Sequence record: KJ019152.1
DNA: 64,000 bases
Strand: one strand, 5' to 3'
Positions 57,050 through 64,000 of the stretch are shown here, piece after piece. The translations under genes were made by a program, and so were the position numbers. Within the stretch, counting starts at the first letter, position 1. Every line of letters starts with the position of its first letter. Under the pieces are notes generated by a model. The model was not told where the DNA came from. It made no database searches and worked only from the letters and a program-made list of their open reading frames with translations.

Positions 57050-58528
57050 ATGGATCTCCAATCATATATCCAACTTAAAGAGGCGTACACCAACGTCCAC
57101 TCCCCAAAGGTAGAAGTCACTAGAGAAGAAGTTGATGCTTTCATTGATGCTCTACTGGAAGAAGGATACGATCTAAGTGAGTTCACTTGGGAGGAAGTCC
57201 GTGATGCTTACCTAGAAGAGGGTGTTGCTAATAATCCTCGTTGGGGAGTTATTGGTCAAGGTGCAAGACTTCTTCAGAAAGGTTTTGGTAACAAACAACA
57301 GGGAGATGCTGCTAGGGATTATGAGACATCTGTAAATAATATTAATAGTCGTAGAAATCAAAATTCTAGTACATCAACCGCAACTGCTAACGAGATTGCA
57401 GCAGAAACCAAAGGTAGGAAAGCTCAGACAGGTGGTGGATCTAGTTCTAGTGGATCTAGTTCTAGTGGATCTGGTGGATCAAGTCTCTCTGATTCTGTTG
57501 CTAGAAAACAGAAAGAGGCTGATGCCAAACGCGCAAGACAAAGGGAGACTGGTGGAACTGGAGCCACCGACAATAAGCCCGCTGGTGGTTCCGGTGGATC
57601 CGGTGGTTCTGGTGGATCCGGTGGTTCTGGTGGATCCGGTGGCGGCAGTAATAGACCAGTAGCAAAGGCTAAGCCAGTACAGACAGCACAACAGAAGGCA
57701 GACTCTTCTACTAACGCACAGTATGACAAGTTGAGGAAGTCTGATCCAGCTGCCGCTAAGAAGTTTGGTATGGCTGCATCACAGAAGAAGTTTGGTAATC
57801 AACTAAAGCCAAAGACTCCAAATCCATTGATGAGGGGTATGAATACTGCTTCTACTAAGCCAGCAACTACTCCTAAGCCAGCAACTACTCCTAAGCCAAC
57901 AACTCCAGTATCAGACTCATCTCCTGTTAGGGCAATGAGTAAGACTACCCCCACACCAGCTGCCTCCAAGCCAAAGGCAACACCTATCAAGTCAAGTCGC
58001 CTAAACAAGGCACTATCCAGTGTTGGTGAAGCAGTGGAATTTGATTCCTTTGATATCATCCTAGAATACCTAGTTGATTCTGGTTTCCCACAACAGGAAG
58101 CTCTCGTCATCATGGCGGAAATGCCTGAAGAGAAACGCGAAGAGATTCTCGAAGCTATGAAGCATCGTGACGCCAAGACTGGTGAAGTCACAGACAAGCC
58201 TGAAATTGGCAAGACATACTACCCCCATGGTGAGCGTCAGAAGTCTTCTGTAGCTCTTCGCAAAGAGAAGGAGAGGGCAGATGCTAAAAAGAAATCAGTG
58301 AAGGAGGATAGAGCTTCTCTCGCAGATGCCTATCGGGCAGTTTATTCTGAGGAAGCTTCCGATACTAAAAAGGATAAGCACCTAGAGCGTGGTGGTCACT
58401 CTGCTAAGACTGACTATAGTAAGCCACCTTCTACTGGTAACACCTTCGGTAAGAAGCCATCTATGAGTGAGGAAGATCGTAGTGAGGCTATGGCTAAGAT
58501 TGTGGCTAGAATGAAAGGTAAGAAATAA
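57050..58528 (+). CDS. late low-complexity hypothetical protein
   Basis: 492 aa with GSSSS, GGS and KPATTP repeats, and repeated LxEAY motifs. Confidence 0.75.
   Translation: MDLQSYIQLKEAYTNVHSPKVEVTREEVDAFIDALLEEGYDLSEFTWEEVRDAYLEEGVANNPRWGVIGQGARLLQKGFGNKQQGDAARDYETSVNNINSRRNQNSSTSTATANEIAAETKGRKAQTGGGSSSSGSSSSGSGGSSLSDSVARKQKEADAKRARQRETGGTGATDNKPAGGSGGSGGSGGSGGSGGSGGGSNRPVAKAKPVQTAQQKADSSTNAQYDKLRKSDPAAAKKFGMAASQKKFGNQLKPKTPNPLMRGMNTASTKPATTPKPATTPKPTTPVSDSSPVRAMSKTTPTPAASKPKATPIKSSRLNKALSSVGEAVEFDSFDIILEYLVDSGFPQQEALVIMAEMPEEKREEILEAMKHRDAKTGEVTDKPEIGKTYYPHGERQKSSVALRKEKERADAKKKSVKEDRASLADAYRAVYSEEASDTKKDKHLERGGHSAKTDYSKPPSTGNTFGKKPSMSEEDRSEAMAKIVARMKGKK
57587..57645 (+). repeat. coding tandem repeat (GGS)n, 9-nt unit
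   Basis: Repeated units such as GGTGGTTCC, GGTGGATCC and GGTGGTTCT. Confidence 0.9.
57854..57907 (+). repeat. coding tandem repeat, 18-nt unit (PKPATT)
   Basis: AAGCCAGCAACTACTCCT repeated about three times. Confidence 0.85.
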
Positions 58529-58539
58529 TAGTGTTATAA

Positions 58540-58572
58540 TAACCCCATAGGTCCATTCCCATGGGGTTTTTT
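58540..58572 (+). terminator. intrinsic terminator
   Basis: AACCCCAT/ATGGGGTT stem plus T run. Confidence 0.65.
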
Positions 58573-58606
58573 GTTATGAATACATAAAACTAGATGGACT
58601 TACTCC

Positions 58607-58981
58607 ATGAATACATATGGTTCTCCCGAAGGTTATCTCTTTAACCTTCATACCTGCTCAGCATCAGAAGCGAAGCGAATGTGGAAAGAATCTATAAAGA
58701 ATGATTGGAAACATAAATGTGCTTATTGTGGATCGGAACATGAAATTACTTTAGATCATATAGTACCCAAAGCGAAAGGGGGTACTAGTCATACAACCAA
58801 TGTCGTAGCTTGTTGTCGTTCTTGTAACGGGAGTAAGGCATATGAGGATTGGATTATCTGGTATATTCAACAGCCATTCTTCACTGAAGAGAGGAGGGAG
58901 GCTATTGAAAAGTGGATGGAGAAGGGCCTCCTCAACAATAACTTAGTTGCATATCCACCCAGAAGAAATGTCGTTTATTGA
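58607..58981 (+). CDS. Zn-binding HNH endonuclease (McrA-like)
   Basis: CAYCG, TLDHIVPKAKGG and NVVACCRSCNGSK. Confidence 0.92.
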   Translation: MNTYGSPEGYLFNLHTCSASEAKRMWKESIKNDWKHKCAYCGSEHEITLDHIVPKAKGGTSHTTNVVACCRSCNGSKAYEDWIIWYIQQPFFTEERREAIEKWMEKGLLNNNLVAYPPRRNVVY

Positions 58982-59135
58982 GTCTTTATGGATTCCTATC
59001 ACCCGTCTAGGGCAGATCAAGAACTAGAACTAGAACAGCAAGAACTAAAAACAATCATAGGAGGATCTATACTATCCTTCTTCACTGTACTTATACCTTT
59101 TATTATACTTCTCTAAAACCTTTCAGTTCAGGCGA

Positions 59136-59143
59136 TATAAATA
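59136..59143 (+). promoter_or_regulatory. T4-type late promoter
   Basis: TATAAATA. Confidence 0.75.
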
Positions 59144-59197
59144 AACCTAAGAAGAGTATATGCGTTCTTCGTCGGATAGCCTGAATCGACAAAAGAG

Positions 59198-62100
59198 ATG
59201 ATCTCAACAGCGACTAAGATTAAATTTAAAAGGTCTGGTGTAGCCGGACGTAGACCCTCCTTAGCTGATCTTCAGTTAGGTGAATTGGGGATCAATTATA
59301 ACGATGGTAAACTATTTTTCCGACAGGAAAATGAAGTAGTTGGCTCTCGTATCATTGAACCTGGACAGGGTGATGTAATCGGTAAGACTATTTTCGTATC
59401 CACAAAGGGTAACGATAACAATAGTGGTCTTAACGAAAGAGATGCCAAGAGAACTGTTAAAGCGGCCGCCGCAGTAGCAGAACCTGGTGACTCCATCAAA
59501 CTGTATCCAGGTCAGTACATCGAAGATAACCCTATCGTATTTAAGGATAGGGTATCTGTAGAGGGTATGGAGCTTCGTAACGTTCTCGTTACTCCAGCCA
59601 ACCCCAGTAAAGACTTGTATCAAGTTGGTGAGGCGTTCCACGCTACCAACCATTCCTTTGTGTCCAATAGGGATTCAACAGATGGTGCCTCTATTATCAC
59701 CTATCGTCCTCTAGAGGGAACTGCGTCTGACAGGTATTTTGACGCGGCTAGACTCATCAGGGACAATCTTAGCTTCATTGCTAACGAGACAGTAGGTTTC
59801 CTAACCAGTGGATATTCAGGCTTTGCCGCTGGTCAGAGATCACAGGACGCTGCTCGTGCTCTAGAACTAAACAAGAACTTCATAGTAGAAGAAGCATTTC
59901 AATATATCAACTCTCCTGATTATACAGGAGCCACATACTTCAACCCAGACCCAGCACAGTGTAAGAGAGACCTAGGAAATATCATTGATGGTTGGAGATA
60001 TGATCTCATCTCTGATGGTAACACCAGATCTACTGGTCTTGGTCTAACCTACTACGCACCTATTCCCTTTGTGAATAGTGCTAATGTTGCTGACCTTGTA
60101 TACAACAGAAATAACGGTGATGTTCTAATTGAAACCGACGTAGATACACAGGTTTCAGTTGGTGAGAAGATCAAACTACAGGATATCAGACTAGAGTGTG
60201 GTTCCTACAATAACGACTTCTTTATCACTGGTTTCAAGTATGATAACACCAGTGGTATTGGAACAGTTAATCTACCCTTTATCCATAACGTCAAGGTTGG
60301 AGACCTTGTTAAGTTTGATGGTTTAGAGTTTGATTGTCCTGCCTATGGTGCCATTGAATATGGTATCCAAGACTTCAAGTATAATGAAACTACTGGTGGA
60401 AGTGTTGTCACACTCACCGAAGATCACGATCTAAAGATTGGTGACACCATTGAACTAAGAGACCTTCAGTTCGATTGTCCCGCCTATGGTGGTGACTTCA
60501 CTAACATCATCAACCTAGAATACAATAAGACCAGTGGTCAGGGTGTTATCACATATGACAAACCCGCCGATCTCAAGTCTGGTGACGTTGTTATCCTCTA
60601 TGACCTCACACTAACTTGTGATGCTTATGGTAACGCTATCTCAGTTACTGATTTCTCTTATGATAACTTCACTGGTATCACTGAAGTAGAAGTAAATAGA
60701 CCCCACAACCTCCGTCCCGGAGACCTAATCAAACTAGAGAACCTTAAGTTCTCTTGTGATTCCTACCTTAATGAAACATACAAGGTCTCTAACTTTGTAT
60801 ATAATGAGAGCACTGGTGATAGTGTCCTCACCCTAACTGAACCACATAGTTTAGTTGCTGGTAAGAACGTCAGACTTGCTGACCTAGTTTTCTCCTGTAA
60901 CTCCTATGTTCCAACCGCTAAAGCAATCTCTGATTTCCAGTATGATGAAGTAGTTGGTATCTCTACTATTACTCTAGCATCTCCACACAACTTATCAGTT
61001 GGTGAGCAGTTCAGACTAGAGGACCTAGTATTCTCCTGTAACTCATACTCCTTCACTGATATTCCTATCATTGATGCACCATATGATAATGTAACTGGTT
61101 ATGTAACCCTATCGTTCTCTGGTGACCACGGACAACAGGTTGGTGAGAGAGTAAGACTCAGAGATATTGAGTACTCCTGCCCTGGTGGTTCAGGTATCAC
61201 TACAACCTTGTTCCCCGATGGAACCTTTGGTTATGAGTTTGAAATCCTAAGTGTTCCAAACACTAAGAAGATGATTCTTAATGTTGGCACCTCCACTATT
61301 GAACACTCCTATGTGAGTGGTGGTACTGCTACCGTTGGTATTACAACTACTATCTTCCCTGATGGAACACAAGGTTTCGACTTCAATGTATCCAGTGTTA
61401 ATAGTTCCACTGTTATCGAAGCAAGTGTTGGTATTTCTACCATCGCTCACAACTATGTTTCTGGTGGATCATTATTCGTTGGTTTCACTACCACAGTATT
61501 CCCCGATGGAACACAAGGTGATACCTTCAGAGTTAATTCTATTCCTTCTAGCACTCAAATCAGTGTTAATGTTGGTGTATCTTCTATCGCCCATACTTTC
61601 GTATCCGGTGGTACAGCAACTGACCTAGACTCTTTCATCCCTGTATCTGGTTTCACCTACAATGAAGGTGACGGAACTGGACTAGTATCCCTAGACAAGG
61701 CACACAACCTAGTGGTTGGTGACTCTTTTGTTCTAGAGGATCTTAAGTTCAACTGTAACTCCTACAGAACAGGTGGTACTTCTACTATTGATATCACTAA
61801 CTTTGAGTATGATAAGGTAACCGGACTATCTACAGTCACACTATCTTCTTCACACAACCTACATGTTAATGATACCGTAGCACTATATGATATCAAGTTC
61901 TCTTGTCCTGGTGGTTCAGGTATTACAACTAATATCTTCCCCGATGGAACCAGAGACAACTTCTATGATGTAGTTGCTGACCTAAACCCCAACCAGATTA
62001 TTGTTCGTGTTGGTAAGTCTGACATTACTCACACATACGCTAGTGGTGGTAGTCTATCCGTTGGTATCACTACTAACATCTTCCCTGATGGAACCAGACC

Positions 62101-64000
62101 TTCTGGTGACTTCTTCCAGGTCATCTCTGTCCCCTCTACCAAGTCTGTTCTAACTCAGGTTGGTCTATCCTCTATCGCCCACTCATACGCAAGTGGTGGT
62201 AAGTTCTACACTGGTATCACTACCAATGTATTCCCACAGGTATTCACTGACCCCAACATCAAGGTAACCAACGCTGTATATGACGAAGTATCTGGTGTTA
62301 TCACCATTACTACTAACAAGGCACACGGACTTACCGCTACCGCACCTGTTCTACTACAGGACCTAAACTTCTCTTGCCTCTCTGGTGGTGTAGGAAACAC
62401 CCCAGGCAACCTTGTATTCCCCAGGAACCAGGAAGTTTATGATGTTGTGTCCGTTCTATCTACTACACAATATACGATCAATGTAGGTCCTTCTGACTTC
62501 GCTCACGCATATGTTGATGGTGGTACTTCTACCACACAGAACATCACTAAGGCATCCTACAACAAAGGAACTGGTGATCTAACAGTAACCCTAGACAAGC
62601 AACACGGTTATTCAGTTGGTGATCGTGCTAGTGTGGTTGATCTCCTCTTCTCCTGTCAGTCTGGTGGTCCTAACAACCAACCTGGAACACTTCTATTCCC
62701 TCGTCCTACTGATGAGTATGAAGTTCTATCCGCAAGTGGTAAGACACTCACAGTTAATGTTGGAGCGTTCCCATCACTAGTTCATACCTATAAGAATGGT
62801 GGATCACTAACCTATAGTTCTACTGTACTTCCTGTAAGTAACGCAGTTTATGATCAATCAACTGGAGTTCTAACACTTACCACATCAATTGCACTAGGGG
62901 CACCTGTTGGTTCTACCATTAAGATGCAGGGTCTAAACTTCTCCTGTGCCTCTGGTGGTCCTGGTAATGACGCTGGTGCTATTGTATTCCCAAGACTAGA
63001 CACCCCTACCTTCAAGGTTAAGGAAGTCAAGAGTGGTGTATCCTATGTTATCAATGTAGGAACCTCTACACTCTCACACACATATACATCTGGTGGTTTC
63101 TCCTCACTCAAGAAGTTGAAGAACGACCCCAATATTTTCAAAGTTATCGACACCCCAACACCTAGTAAGGTTATTACTAATGTAGGTGTCTCATCTATCG
63201 TTCATGACTATGTGAGTGGTGGTAATATGTTCGTGGGTATCACCACTAATGTATTCCCTGATGGAACTCGCCCTGATGGAAGTAGGTTCGAAGTTATCTC
63301 CGCCCTATCACCCAACCAGGCACTCATCAACATCGGTGTTTCTACTATCACCCACAACTACGATAGTGGTGGTAGGATGCAGTATGGTACTACCAATGAG
63401 AGACCTGTTCTAGACTTCCTATACGATGGTCAGACTGGTATCTCCACTGTAACTATTAGAGGAACTCATGGTTTGAACCAGGGTGACCTAGTGAAACTCA
63501 GAGGTCTTGAGTTCGCTTGTACTAACTCACCTGGTATTACAACTACTATCTTCCCAGATGGAACTGCCGCTGGTCTCAATATCTACAAGGTTACTGAGAT
63601 TATTAGTAACAGTACCTTCAAGACAAATGTAGGTAGAGTTGGATTCGATCATACTTACATCCAAGGTGGTTCCGCTTTCGTTGGTATCACTACTAACATC
63701 TTCCCAGATGGAACACAAGGTTACAACTATACAGTTGCCGCCATTCCTAATAAGAATCAGGTAACAGTTGATGTGGGTATCTCCAGTATCCAACATGATT
63801 ATATTCGTGGTGGATCACTATTCTCTGGTAAGACTAACGAGAGAGATATCGCAGACTTCAAGTATGATCACATCTCTGGTGATGCGGTTCTTACCTTCAG
63901 AAAGGCACAGAACTTATTCACACAAGATCTAGTAAAACTTAAGAACCTTCAGTTTGATTGTCCAAACTCTACTGGTATCACTACTACTCTCTTCCCAGAC
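59198..64000 (+). CDS. giant repeat-rich virion structural protein (at least 1601 aa, 3' end outside window)
   Basis: Starts MISTATKIKFKRSGVAGRRPSLADLQLGELGINYNDGKLF. Spot checks are in frame to the last codon (GITTTLFPD), with many GITT.IFPDG and Y.SGG repeats. It is absent from the ORF track, presumably because it has no stop in the window. Confidence 0.85.
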   Translation, partial: MISTATKIKFKRSGVAGRRPSLADLQLGELGINYNDGKLFFRQENEVVGSRIIEPGQGDVIGKTIFVSTKGNDNNSGLNERDAKRTVKAAAAVAEPGDSIKLYPGQYIEDNPIVFKDRVSVEGMELRNVLVTPANPSKDLYQVGEAFHATNHSFVSNRDSTDGASIITYRPLEGTASDRYFDAARLIRDNLSFIANETVGFLTSGYSGFAAGQRSQDAARALELNKNFIVEEAFQYINSPDYTGATYFNPDPAQCKRDLGNIIDGWRYDLISDGNTRSTGLGLTYYAPIPFVNSANVADLVYNRNNGDVLIETDVDTQVSVGEKIKLQDIRLECGSYNNDFFITGFKYDNTSGIGTVNLPFIHNVKVGDLVKFDGLEFDCPAYGAIEYGIQDFKYNETTGGSVVTLTEDHDLKIGDTIELRDLQFDCPAYGGDFTNIINLEYNKTSGQGVITYDKPADLKSGDVVILYDLTLTCDAYGNAISVTDFSYDNFTGITEVEVNRPHNLRPGDLIKLENLKFSCDSYLNETYKVSNFVYNESTGDSVLTLTEPHSLVAGKNVRLADLVFSCNSYVPTAKAISDFQYDEVVGISTITLASPHNLSVGEQFRLEDLVFSCNSYSFTDIPIIDAPYDNVTGYVTLSFSGDHGQQVGERVRLRDIEYSCPGGSGITTTLFPDGTFGYEFEILSVPNTKKMILNVGTSTIEHSYVSGGTATVGITTTIFPDGTQGFDFNVSSVNSSTVIEASVGISTIAHNYVSGGSLFVGFTTTVFPDGTQGDTFRVNSIPSSTQISVNVGVSSIAHTFVSGGTATDLDSFIPVSGFTYNEGDGTGLVSLDKAHNLVVGDSFVLEDLKFNCNSYRTGGTSTIDITNFEYDKVTGLSTVTLSSSHNLHVNDTVALYDIKFSCPGGSGITTNIFPDGTRDNFYDVVADLNPNQIIVRVGKSDITHTYASGGSLSVGITTNIFPDGTRPSGDFFQVISVPSTKSVLTQVGLSSIAHSYASGGKFYTGITTNVFPQVFTDPNIKVTNAVYDEVSGVITITTNKAHGLTATAPVLLQDLNFSCLSGGVGNTPGNLVFPRNQEVYDVVSVLSTTQYTINVGPSDFAHAYVDGGTSTTQNITKASYNKGTGDLTVTLDKQHGYSVGDRASVVDLLFSCQSGGPNNQPGTLLFPRPTDEYEVLSASGKTLTVNVGAFPSLVHTYKNGGSLTYSSTVLPVSNAVYDQSTGVLTLTTSIALGAPVGSTIKMQGLNFSCASGGPGNDAGAIVFPRLDTPTFKVKEVKSGVSYVINVGTSTLSHTYTSGGFSSLKKLKNDPNIFKVIDTPTPSKVITNVGVSSIVHDYVSGGNMFVGITTNVFPDGTRPDGSRFEVISALSPNQALINIGVSTITHNYDSGGRMQYGTTNERPVLDFLYDGQTGISTVTIRGTHGLNQGDLVKLRGLEFACTNSPGITTTIFPDGTAAGLNIYKVTEIISNSTFKTNVGRVGFDHTYIQGGSAFVGITTNIFPDGTQGYNYTVAAIPNKNQVTVDVGISSIQHDYIRGGSLFSGKTNERDIADFKYDHISGDAVLTFRKAQNLFTQDLVKLKNLQFDCPNSTGITTTLFPD

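Noticed and set aside
646-63796. Most short minus-strand and nested plus-strand ORFs in the track (e.g. 646-858, 17306-17635, 44521-44946, 57799-58212, 61317-61628)
   Set aside because: They are shadows of well-supported plus-strand genes and have no recognisable motifs.
1-64000. CRISPR array
   Set aside because: No regularly spaced repeat-spacer series was seen. The tandem repeats are in-frame coding repeats.

Overview
This is a 64-kb segment of a T4-like cyanomyovirus genome (Kyanoviridae-like, probably infecting Synechococcus), encoded almost entirely on the + strand. In order it contains: (1) replication genes gp43 (partial), uvsX, gp41 and mazG; (2) two tRNAs flanked by structured ncRNAs; (3) a block of putative nucleases, three DNA adenine methyltransferase genes and a host-like sigma factor; (4) late genes, then primase gp61 and nrdA/nrdB; (5) several 2OG-Fe(II) oxygenases, cell-wall hydrolases and peptide deformylase; (6) a 10-kb glycan-synthesis island; (7) hli, petF, psbA, psbD, a type IV pilin pair and talC; and (8) a giant repeat-rich structural gene that runs off the end and is missing from the ORF track. 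The strongest novel-looking signal is a 1.3-kb HNH homing-endonuclease cassette that splits psbD at codon 13 and supplies a new promoter and a recoded N-terminus, without any intron. Other notable signals are a promoter-plus-hairpin unit duplicated 15.6 kb apart with a compensatory base change, an 892-aa protein with a capsid-targeting-like N-terminus and a cysteine-free HNH domain coupled to methyltransferases, a probable GDP-colitose pathway next to GT11 and GT6 transferases, and a candidate attenuator RNA upstream of mazG. All protein calls come from motifs recognised by eye; no searches were run.
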